Assembly (NCBI GenBank): GCA_034780895.1
Contig: JAUZTB010000065.1
Location: 13,215,951-13,279,950, forward strand
Direction of reading: 5' to 3'
Source: Rhynchobatus australiae
Lineage: Eukaryota
Length of the DNA: 64,000 nucleotides
The notes beneath the pieces were generated by a model, which searched no databases, was not told the DNA's origin, and was given only the letters and a program-made list of their open reading frames with translations. Of the stretch, positions 52,501-64,000 are shown piece after piece (positions within the stretch are counted from its first letter, which is position 1; the number at the start of each line of letters is the position of its first letter). The position numbers and the translations under genes were made by a program.

Positions 52501-53881
52501 GTTACTCCAGTTCAATGAAAAAAGCATTTACTGGAGATAAAAGACTGTCACAAATGGATGGATGTAGGTTTTAATACTATTAAAAGTCAAAACAAACAGT
52601 GAAGTCATGGAAAGGTACTTCATGACCAAAAGGAATTACTCAAATATTACCTTGAAAGTTATAGTAACTACTACTGGGAGAAAAGTGCCATGTTGAAATG
52701 GTTTTTTTTTAATGGGATGGACTAAACTTTAGTTGAAGTGAATTGACCAAACAGCTTACTGAACTGCTCAGCATAATGTGATATGAACAATGTCACACCT
52801 TTACAACATCTTCAATATAAACTCAAAGCAGGCAACTTAAAAAATATTGCCTTCAAAGCAGCTACACCAAATATAGCTCAATTACTCAAGTAATCACAGC
52901 CATTTCAGAAGCAATTATTGCAGCACAGGTCCAAATAACCAAGGTTTCTCAGCAGCTTAATGCACCCATCACTCAAGTCCCCTCCAATGGCAAAACTACT
53001 GGAAATAACTAAGCCAATACACAGTTCCAAAGGGCACAGCTGCAATCAACCAATGTCAAACTTCAGATGTCATCAGGAAAGCAAAGACAACAGCAACATT
53101 TGCAAGAAAAGTCTAAGACTGCACTTCAGCAATGCATCCCAAGTACAAGATTCCATATCTAGCCTCAAAGGTTGGCATAGGGGGGAAGAAACCCTCAGAT
53201 GTGCTTACCATAGCAAATAGGGTCCTTGGCTTATTCTCTGATTACAATGTAATCAAATACTGAACCATCACACCTCTGGCTGCCTACTTGTAAATAATCT
53301 CAGCTGTCTGTTAAAGTCTAGTTTGAAATGCAAATGTTATTTTGCTCTATATCTCCACCCATTCTTCTGTCCAAATTTCACTCTTATCCACATTGGGCCA
53401 TCTAGCTTTGCCTTCTCCCCTTTAAAGAATCCAAAAGACATCCTGTACATCATACTCCATTTCTTATCAGTCTACTTTTTGCTGCGCATGTGGATGCTTA
53501 CAACTTCAGAATTAACTCGCTTGCAAGTCCTTAGCTTCACCACAACTTGGAACACGGGATTTTTCCTGTCTGCCTTCTTGGGGGGGGGGGAGGGGTTCCA
53601 TCTCACCCGCCTTCTGGGGCGGTGTCTCTCTCCCTTCTGTATTGGGGGAAGTGTCAGTCTCGCTCTCCCGCCCACCCCCCCCCACCTTCTAAAGTTCATC
53701 TCCCTCCCGCTCCCTTGAGCCACTGGTGTGAGCCCGACGTAGAGGGTNNNNNNNNNNNNNNNNNNNNNNNNNNNNNNNNNNNNNNNNNNNNNNNNNNNNN
53801 NNNNNNNNNNNNNNNNNNNNNNNNNNNNNNNNNNNNNNNNNNNNNNNGTCATCTTATTGTAAAAATAAGCTTGATATCTAA

Positions 53882-54223
<342 letters not shown>

Positions 54224-57200
54224 TGATAGCTTTATGTTTGTCTCAAGCAATCCCTGATTCTGAAGTTTGCTTTGAATAATTCCTCTGTTCACTTAAGTAT
54301 GCTCTTTCCCAATGAATCAGAACTAAATAGAAGTGCATCTACTTCTAGAAACTGTTATTCTTTACAGACATCTAGTGACAATATAAAAGTCACAAAAATG
54401 ATCATTTTTAATTAGCACTGACTAACTAAAGCAATAGAAATGCCCTGTAGAGTTGTACCTGTATTTCACATTGCAAAAGAATGACCACAGACAATAAACT
54501 TGGGAGTGATTTAGAAACTAATTTCAGATGGTGATATTAATTCACTTCAAAATAATTATGAAGTAATAATAATGTATGTATTAAATTGGACTTCATATGG
54601 CTGAGGATATGTGGATAGTGGTGATCCAGCAGAATATAATTGAAGACATATTGTAGCTAATTATGGTGTTATTAAGCTCAAAGATAAAAGCATCCTGTGG
54701 CATCTGTAATGTTACACATATCCCACTGAGTAATTTCATTGATCACTACAGAATAGCTCTGTTCACAATAAATTTTGTTGAGTTGAAGTAAAATAATCAT
54801 TCTTCCTTGACAACTGCAAGGCAGAATGCAGAGGCCCAGAATGATTTCTCGTTATTGTGTGTAATTTTCTGGCTCAGGAGTCCTGGTTGTCAATTCCGTC
54901 TGCCTAATTATAAACAACATTTGTTGCATGGGTAGCCTTTATCCATGCTGAGGCTCTTAGCTTCCTTTCCTTCTCCACCAAGGTCTGATGTAGAATTTGC
55001 CAAACAGGTTCATTTTAACCAAAAGGAGATGGAGCAAGCTGTTCTACAATGTGCAACATTCTCTGTGCAATACATCCCCTGAGGTTAAATGTTCCATGAT
55101 CCATCAACCCTTGATATGAAGAGATTCTACTTACTCCTTCTCTTAGTGACAATTTTGATGTGGTGAACTGTACAACGACTAAACAGCTAGAGAAAACAGG
55201 CTTTCAGCATTTAGTCAATTAAAATCCTTGATTGTTTTAAAAAGCTTTTATTAAGTCTCTCAAGTCTTTCAAATATTCCTAACCGTTGTCACATTCTTTA
55301 AAAAATTCAAGCTTTTCTTTCAAGGCATTACAAACTCAATGTACACAGATCTGATAAAGATGTTTTAATTTCAGGGTAGACAATAATAGAACTAGCTAAT
55401 ACCAGATAAACTGATAAATCCTCATGCACTTATTTTCTGACAAATAACTGGTATTCAATTTAAGTCATTCTAAGGAGGCTACTGTATTAACCAAGCACTG
55501 GGAACAGTTCATGTAGTATCTGATGGACAAGCAGTTATGGTTCATGAAAGGGAAACCTAAATTAGCCATTGCTCCATAACTGTTGCCCTTATTTAAGCCT
55601 TTCCAACATTTTATTCCTGAAATGAAAGGGCTACAGCAATAAACAACCATACTAAAAACAATAAACTAAGACAGAAGCAAATTCAAGTAGTGTTGCATTT
55701 AGTTAAAGCTGAAAGGGTGAAGCACTAATTAGAAATTTTTGATTTCACTACAAAAACTAATTAGCCTAAAGAAATTTCTTCTGATTTTGAAATCATAGTA
55801 TGGTACATGCAAGCCTGAAAGGAGACAAATTAGCTCAAGGTCAAGCACAGGAGACAAGTCCCATTGATGCAAGGTCATTCCATGGCAAGTGATGGCAGCC
55901 AAGCAAGATCCTGACCCAGAAGATTCTGCCTCTCAGCCAGGAAATCCCATGCAAAAACCCATTAACCACAATCCAAACATCAGGAGACACCAATCTGCCA
56001 TTTCCAGGCAGGTGGCTGAAGATGAGATTTGGTGTGGTTCTGGGCCAGGCTGCAGGCATCAACTGGCATTGGTGCACAGGGTGATTGTGGTAGTAGGTAG
56101 GGAGAAGCTTCACCTGCAGCCAGCAAGTAGAATTTGAGGGAGAAGGAATAAATGGGAAGGGGCTTAGAGCAAAATTGGGTTTGCACTACACCCAAAATGT
56201 TTGCCATGTGCAACAGACCTTGGTCTCTACCTGCTATGGACCAAACCCTCACTGTACATCAGTTATCACATGGTTTTGAGAATGGTCAACCATACAAAAT
56301 AAATTCACACAACTTCCACTCAATTGGAAGAGATCCTCAACTGAAGGAATGCCCAAGACTACTTTTGCTGGTACAAAGCATTTATTCAAAGTTTGCTAAA
56401 CAGCTTTTAAAGCTCTCAACTTTGGTAAAATGTGTTCAGATACTGATGCTTACTTTCATTGCTTTTGCCAAGATTACTCTAGGCTCTAAAATCATGTTAG
56501 GGTAGTTCTGAAAACACTATTCTACAATACACTCAAATGTGTCATTATTCACACAATGTCAACAGCTGTTCATTGCTGTCTAGTCCAATCCTACAAACAG
56601 GTTGTATTCAAGTACAAATCTTTCTACTACTCAGGAAGCAGGGATTGTATACCCATTCAAGTGAAATCAACTATAATCAGGGACCAGAGGTTTCTTCCTT
56701 CCCCACCTAAAATGTAGGAATTTTTATAATTTTACCAAGATGATCTTTTGATCAGAAACCAAGGCCACTGAAAATAAAAATTAACTTTAGTAAATTTCCA
56801 GTGTGGCAAAAGCTTTAAAGTCAGACAGACCATTTCCTCCAAAGCTGGGGGAATTCCAGAGGACCAACACCAACTCCACCCAATTATATTTGTAACTGAG
56901 CAAAGTTACTGGACAACTGCCATTTCTATTTCAAAGCAATTCAGTGCAGACTTGCAAGACAAAAGCTAAAAGAAACTAGGCTATGCACAAAAATTATAGA
57001 ACAATTCCAACAGCACCATTTTCCTTTCTATCCTCCTCCTCCTCCCCACCCCCCAAGACTTTCTTGCAGTAGCACTGAAACACCATTAAGGCAACTCCCA
57101 ATTCTCCACTGATACCATCTGTCAAGAACTACAGGCAAGCAATCAGTTTCCACTGGATACAAGAAAACACCTACCAATCATCTGCTTTCCACCTTTAATG

Positions 57201-60200
57201 TTAAGCTATGGGTTCTTAGTTTACATTAAACATAACACAGCAGAGCAAGTACTGGAGGGTATCCAAAGTATAGTGAAAAAGAACATGAAAACAGAAGTGT
57301 TTAAGAGTAGCAGGTATGTGGTCTAACAGATTTATGATCCATATTTAAATTTAAAAAATAAAATTGTCATGTAGGATTTAAGAACCTTTGGACCCTTCAG
57401 GAGGACTATCTGCTGCACATCCACTCTGCCTACTCCAAGCTTAATTGCATGTGGAACTAAAGTTATCGAAGTCTTCAAGTGGATAGCACAAAATGCCGTG
57501 CCACTCACATTCCAAAAAATTGGGCTCATGGTCTATTTTAGAGGACAAGCACAGATCAGAGAATAAGGGCATAAAAGGAGGTTAAAAGATAGAAAAGACT
57601 CAAAGGCAAGCCAGATCAAGGCCTGTAGGAATTTAAGGATAGTTTACATTTTTAACACCAGGGACAGTCACTACAAGGCATGATAGTCATTTGTAGATCA
57701 AAATTATCTACTACTAATTACTACACAAGGGAAATTTTGATAAAGACTGATTATATTGCAGTAGGCTGCCAAAAACATGGTTTATAGCTCAAGTTAACAA
57801 TGAATAGTTAATGCATCAAATTGGTGACCTCATTGTTAGCTTACTGCAATTGTAAGCAGTCTGTTATACCAATGATCTCCATTCTATGACCCAAATGTTC
57901 AAGTCTAAGCATTAAGTACACTTGCATTTAATAGTGCTGTTGGCCTAATTTGTTCCCCTATCCTGGATGTGGACAACTTTGATAAAGTTACCAGATGTCA
58001 AATACAGTGAAAAAATTTAATATTTTCCCATGTTGATACATCAAGGATTGATCACCTGCAATGCAAGGCAGAATGTAAAGTATGAATTGCAAATGACAGT
58101 AGGCAAAAAGAATTAACCCAAAAATGCTGTAGACAAATTTTGCTCATGAACATCTGAAATTTCAAATTTCCACTGCACAAAAACAATATTAACTATAAAA
58201 TTGTTCATGGTTATAAATCCTTCTCCCCAACTGTCTCATACACCTGCAAATTGGCTGCTTAAAACAGATCAAACTTGTCATTCATCTGTCTATACACCTG
58301 TCAATGTTTTACAAGCATCAGAATATAGGGACTTGTTCAATGATGTAATGTAAATGAATTTTGGGTAACTGGTAACTAGTAACTAATTTGAAAGCATATG
58401 CAGCAGATGCCCATGTGGTGTTAAGATACTGGGGGGGGGGGGGGGGCATGGAGAGTAAGAGGGAGAGAAAACAAACAGAACCATTTTGTTTCTGAANNNN
58501 NNNNNNNNNNNNNNNNNNNNNNNNNNNNNNNNNNNNNNNNNNNNNNNNNNNNNNNNNNNNNNNNNNNNNNNNNNNNNNNNNNNNNNNNNNNNNNNNACAA
58601 ACAGAACCATTGTGTTTCTGAACAACATCACCGTCTCAAATTCTCTCTCCAGACACAGCCATCCTCCTCCCCCCACGTACCAAACACCACCTCGATGTCA
58701 GAAGGAATTTTCTGCCCTGAGGGCCTTACCACTTTCCCTACTAATCCAACTCTGGATGGCAGCAAGCACCAGTCTTGTTATCCAGATGATCAACTGCTGT
58801 GAACAAGCCCAGACTAAGTTTCTGGGTTATTCAACCACATCACAAGATAGCCCAATCCTTCTTTCAAATATATCCAGCAGTTCCTCACATACCCTAACAT
58901 TAGGGAAAGGCTCAAATGAACTTGCATTGTACTGGTCTGCAAAATAATTTAGAAGGTATATTGTGCAAGAAATTTATGCAGGTTAAAACTACACAACTAA
59001 AACCTTTGAAATAATAGGTCAGCCAGAAACAAAAAATGCTAGTTTAAACAGCTTGCATTAATATTGGACTCCAGCAGAAATCTCCTAAAGTGCTTTAGAG
59101 ACATTACCAAAAAAGTGTTTAAAGCTAAAGATTTAGTGGCTAAAACTCAAAGGTGAACTTTAAAGGAGGCTCTATGATAGAGGCAGAGAAGGCAATTATA
59201 TACTGGAAGCCAGAGGGAATAGGGGTGGATTTTTTTCCAGAAAGTATAGACCAAAACTTGCAATTTCTCAGGACATTCCAGAGCACTACACCAATGGAGT
59301 TCTTTAGAATCACAGTCACTGGTTTAATGGCATATGAAGTAGCAATGATTCACATCCAAGCGTACATCACTTCAAGTGAATGTCTGCCAAAAACACAAAC
59401 TGCCCTCACCAGACATTCATATACATTAACTTTTGGATCACAACCTGATTTTACTCATTTCAAAAGTTCTCGAAGATTGATAAACTTAACTTTGAAGTTT
59501 TATAAATTCTACTTCTCCCACCTCACCAACTTTTGCCATGTTTATTTCCTCAACTATCCACACTTCTCCCAACAACTCATTTCTATCCCAATCAAAAGCC
59601 CATTCATTTCCCATTTACTATCATACAATACCCACTACCACCATCCAGCTTACCCACACTATCTGCCCTCCATCACTGACCCCATCACTCACTACTTCCA
59701 CCACTTTATTAACCTTCATAGAGCTCAAATTTTTGCCCGCCCTATTTCCAAATCACGATTCTTACCCATTTAACTCATTTTCCCATTAATCTGTATCTAC
59801 TACAATCAACATGCACTACCATTTGTCTACAAGCATCTCTTCCACATTTAAATTTAGCAGTAACTTACCATTTCCCCAAATTCTGTATCTGACCTGCTTC
59901 CCCATAAAGCCATCCCACCAGTCTACTCAATGTTCACTATCCAACAGGTCCACAAACTTCACTTCCCCACAACTACCCATCACACTGAACTTTCCTAGTG
60001 GCCAAGGAAATTCTTTTAATGTTTCTAAACGTTTAGAATTCACCACCCCAAGTAGTAACAAGCAGGGTCACTGAAAGTATTCAAGGCACAGAGTGGCTGG
60101 TATTTAATCTACAATGGGTACAGGGAGAGAGGAGGAATAGACCGCCCAAAATGGGATCAGCCTAGTCTGTGGAATGACCAAACAGGCTCAAGGTTCAACT

Positions 60201-60469
60201 GCCCCACTCCAATTTGCATTCTTCCAGCTGAAAGCACAGCCACATTCCACTCCCTTTCACCCCCACACATTAATCACTACCAATCCACGGTAGTCTGGTC
60301 GAAAACCCCTCAACCTCCCACCCCAACTTTGCACACCTTAGCACCATGCCAGATCACCAACAGTCATTATTTCACTCCCCCGCACCCCCCCAACCACATT
60401 CCCCTATCATAGCCCAATACATCACTCCTCTGCTGAGGGCTCCCTATCACTTTCCCCTACTCCACCCAA

Positions 60470-61060
60470 CGGGACAGCACCCCGCCTGCCCGACGACCCC
60501 ACCTCCGCTTTACCCCCTCCCCACCGGCCCGACCGCTCGCCCAAGCTGCGAGGGGTGCTGCTCCCCAGAGCAGCGGAGGGAGAGGGGATCGGCCGGGCCC
60601 GGCCCGCCGCCACCGCCCGCTCTCTCCCTCCGGCCTCTACCCGCTGCGAGCAGCGCCGAGGCGGCCAGCAGCCTGGCCACCACCCAGCCCTGGGCGTGGC
60701 GGCCAACCAGCGGTCACACAAGATTAAAACAAAAACCGCCGGCCTCGGCGACACCGTCCGCAAACGGGGGCCCGGACCCGCCGACCTCACCTGTCCCGAG
60801 CGCTCAACTCGATGCCGGACCCGGTCAACGCGCGGCCTCCACCTCAGCTCCGCTCGGCAAGGAGAAGGAGGTTGGGGGGGAGACGGGGGGCGGTTAATGA
60901 GCAATTGCCCACACCCCTCCCCCACGTGACATCACCCCACGTGACTTTCCCCACTAGGAATCACGGGACAATCCATACGAATTGAGCATCTCCCGCCTTG
61001 CCTCTTAAAGGGGCACTCCCCCATGGAAAGGACCGGCCATTCAGCCCGTCGAATCTGTTC
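60470..61060 (-). promoter_or_regulatory. CpG island / RHOC promoter with two tandem GTCACGTGGGG E-boxes (CACGTG at 60923-60928 and 60938-60943)
   Basis: The main CpG-dense, GC-rich segment of the window; lies 5' of RHOC. Confidence 0.8.
60791..60900 (-). other. RHOC: Probable non-coding first exon of RHOC (5' boundary approximate)
   Basis: Strong donor ACAG|GTGAGG on - strand at 60791/60790 inside the CpG island; RHOA and RHOC have untranslated first exons. Confidence 0.65.
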
Positions 61061-61189
61061 TCCAGTCAACTCATTGTCGTCAAACGAAAGCGAAATACAA
61101 ATATGTGCTGCGAATAAAGGTGAAACGGTGGATGCACTGAACTTTCCTGGGCATTTGAGAAGGAGCTGCATCAAAGGTTATTCTGGAAA

Positions 61190-62050
61190 ACCAAAGTTCA
61201 GGCTGTAGAAGGTAAGGTGTTGGGGTGGATACAGGAATGGCTAAGAGGAAACTGAGAAGACACACATGGTCTTTTTCTGGTGGGCGAGATGTAACGTATG
61301 GCGTTCCGTAAGGATCAGGTTTTCCGACAGTCAGACAGCGGATTATTGGATTTTTGTTGTAAATGGTGAAAAATTGCAGAGCTCTGAGACACAGGGGTAT
61401 CTGGATGGCCTAGTGCATGATTTTCAAAAAAAATGCACGTACTGCAAGTAATTAGGAAAGCTAATAGAATGTTATTGTTTAATTCGAAGCAGGGAGGTTA
61501 TGCTTCAGTTTAAAGGGCATTGTGAGACCATATGAGAGTATTGTTAACAGTATTGGTCTTATTTAAGGAAGAATGTTAAGAGGGAGCATTTACTAGACCA
61601 ATTCCTGGAATAGACGGGTTGGACAGAGTAGGCTTATATTCAGTGGACTTCAAAAGAGTGAGCAGTGACTCGACTGAAACATATGTGATTCTGAGGGTTG
61701 ATGTTGAGAAGACGTGGGAGATCTAGAACATGGATCACTGTTTAAAAATAAAGGGTCACCCAAATAACGAAAAAGAAAATGTTATTTGTTTTTCCTCAGA
61801 GGGTCTTGAGTCTTTACAACTCTCTTCCTTTAAGGGCAGTGCCGGCAGTATCATTGACTATTTTTAAGGCAGAGGTGAATAGATACTTGATAAGCAAAGG
61901 GGTGAGAACTTATCTGGGTTGGACAGCAATATGTTGAGGTTACAATCAGCCTTAAATCTTATTAATCAGATCATATTAAATGGCTCAGCAGGCTTGAGAG
62001 GCTGAGTGGCCTCTTCCTGCTCCTAATTCATATATTTGTATGCATGAACA
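61190..62050 (+). mobile_element. CR1 LINE fragment immediately upstream of the RHOC promoter
   Basis: NGEKLQSSETQ..LVH and IRKANRML remnants; CR1 3' tail. Confidence 0.8.
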
Positions 62051-62163
62051 TATTCCCTCACTTTTAGATAGGCACAAGTAATAATGCTGGGAGGTGCCAT
62101 GAAACTTCTCTTGAAACGTCTTATTGCATTTTCCAGCAGTGTTAATACACATTATTTGAAAAT

Positions 62164-62190
62164 ACACACACACACACACACACAAACACA
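62164..62190. repeat. (CA)n microsatellite
   Basis: ACACACACACACACACACACA read directly. Confidence 0.9.
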
Positions 62191-62869
62191 AACCTTGGCA
62201 GCTAAAGTCATGACCATTAATGGTGCAGTGATAAATAGGGCATGTGCAACAGGTCTGAATTTTCTGTAACAAATGCACATTCCAGTCCCTCCAGTGGTCT
62301 CAAGTGTGCACACTGAATGTCCCTGCTCCAGGCCCACCAGGCACAGACAAGATCATAGAAGGGAGCCAGCCAGTTTAAAGAACATGAGAGATAAGAACAG
62401 AAGTAAGCTGTATGGCCCCTCAACTTTCTTGGCTGATCTGATCTTGCCTTCTGTTTCATTTTCCTGCCCTGTAAACTTTGACTCCCCTTTAGATCGGAAA
62501 TCTTTCTTGGCCTTACATAGTTCTCTGGAGTACAGAATTCCAGATTGACAACCATCTGAGTGAAGAATTTTCTCCTCAATTCTGCTTTAAGTGGACAATC
62601 CTATACTCTGAGACTAAGCCCCTATGTCTTAGACTCCACCACAAGGGGAAACATTCTCCCAACTAGAATAACCATCCCCATAGGTTCATGTACACTGTAC
62701 TCAAAAGTAAACATTCAACTATACCACACCATTCTCGACTGCCGAACATTCCAAAAGTGCTTTAGAGCCAAATATATTGCACTTTTAAAGAAAATGGTGT
62801 ATTATACTCAATTTGTGCAGTGCAAGCTCCATTGACCATGAATGGGATATTGATCTGATAATGGTTTAA

Positions 62870-63150
62870 AAATGACACAGCAATGCAGCAGGTAGAGCTG
62901 CTGCACAAATCTAGCAGCCTAGGCTCAAACCTGACCTCTACTGCTGTAGGTAGAATTTGCATCTTCTCCTTCTGACAGTATGGGCTTCTTCCGGGTGCAA
63001 AGTACAGGTTAGAAAGTTGTGGGCATGCTATGTTGGGGCTGGAAGCGTGGCGACTCTTGTGGACTGCCCCCCAGAACACTTCGCAAAAAGCTGCATTTCA
63101 CTGTGTGTTTTGATGTACATGTGACCAATAAAGATATCTATCTATCTATC
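62870..63150 (+). mobile_element. tRNA-headed V-SINE with a non-CR1 tail ending AATAAA-(TATC)n
   Basis: A/B-box-like GCAGCAGGTAGAGC..GGCTCAAACCTG; V-like TTTGCA..GGGCTTCTTCCGGGTGC; tail TTTCACTGTG..GTACATGTGACCAATAAA. Confidence 0.6.
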
Positions 63151-64000
63151 TTAAGGAAATAGGAGAATATGAGAGAGTTAAAATATTGAGGATTCATTGT
63201 TCTTTGAAACACTACTATGGTAAGTTTCTTTTATGATCAACAGACAGCAGATTCAGGTTAATGTTGCCTCCATAAAGGTATATGTCAGCTAAAACAGCAC
63301 TCCATCAGCATTACTCCAAAATATTATCCTATATTTTATGTTCAAGCAGCTGCAGTATAATTTGAACACTGAACCTTTTACTTCAGAAACAAAAGTGCTG
63401 CCAGAGAGCACGGCTAATCCTGTCTGGACTACCTTGGCTTTTCCTGGATTGTACCACATGATTCTGTTGCCACAGATGTACTGTGCCACATTGCCATGTT
63501 TCCTACTGTTACTAAAACGTAATCTAATGTGCCACACCGTCATATGGCCATGTTGGACTGTGCTCATCTTTTAAGTGCATCTCTCAACTGGGACATCTGT
63601 TTGGAAGATGAGTTCTCCTTAAGGGACAGCTTTGCAACTCTGATAGTAAACTTCAGTGTCTGACTAGGCTCAAGAATATATGTAGCTGATGCTACAAAAA
63701 TTATTACAATGGTGAAAGCCTGTGTATAATATAACCAGGAATCTGGTCTGTGGTGGAATACCCCATGGTTGAGGGTACACTGGAGAAAATTATGGGGATA
63801 GACCGATACCTGTCTGGTAAGGAAAAGGACAGTCCAAAGCACTTTACAGATAATAAGGTATTTTGCAGTCACTACTGTAATATTGGAGAAAAGAATCATA
63901 GAATTTTACCGCATTTTGTCAGTGCTAGCTCATTGGAAGTGTTAAACAATTAATTTTGTTTTTTCATAGGCTTGCAAAATGTTCCTCTTCTAATATTTAT

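Noticed and set aside
55840-56260. Moderately GC-rich block with several short ORFs
   Set aside because: No coherent splice sites or recognisable motif; probably an unassigned repeat remnant.
59153-59773. 206-aa ORF
   Set aside because: Runs through a repeat remnant and C/A/T-rich low-complexity sequence antisense to RHOC intron 1; no recognisable domain.
60346-60929. Overlapping 124-183 aa Pro/Arg/Gly-rich ORFs
   Set aside because: Expected stop-codon depletion in a CpG island.

Overview
Vertebrate genomic DNA from a short-read scaffold with many N gaps. The repeat landscape (CR1 LINEs, Penelope-derived repeats, V-type and Deu-type SINEs) suggests a cartilaginous fish; this is an inference. 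Two genes lie tail-to-tail. (1) The 3' part of MOV10, a UPF1-like SF1 RNA helicase, is on the + strand: 14 GT-AG exons at 1265-28285 splice in frame to about 566 aa carrying the canonical helicase motifs and the EPEWR C-terminus. (2) A complete RHOC-type GTPase is on the - strand: 4 coding exons at 45419-38301 (192 aa, CaaX = CVLL), with a probable non-coding first exon and CpG-island promoter near 60.5-61.0 kb. Introns and the intergenic spacer are filled with decayed CR1, L2, Rex/Babar and Penelope retroelements, SINEs and one full-length IR/DR-type Tc1 transposon. The most interesting non-genic signals are: a dispersed family of Penelope-derived repeats with remnants of a minimal type I hammerhead ribozyme, including a palindromic copy with a target-site duplication; a near-perfect 33-bp-stem hairpin in a MOV10 intron; and recurrent inverted templated insertions. 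Repeat family names come from recalled motifs, not a database search, and repeat boundaries are approximate.
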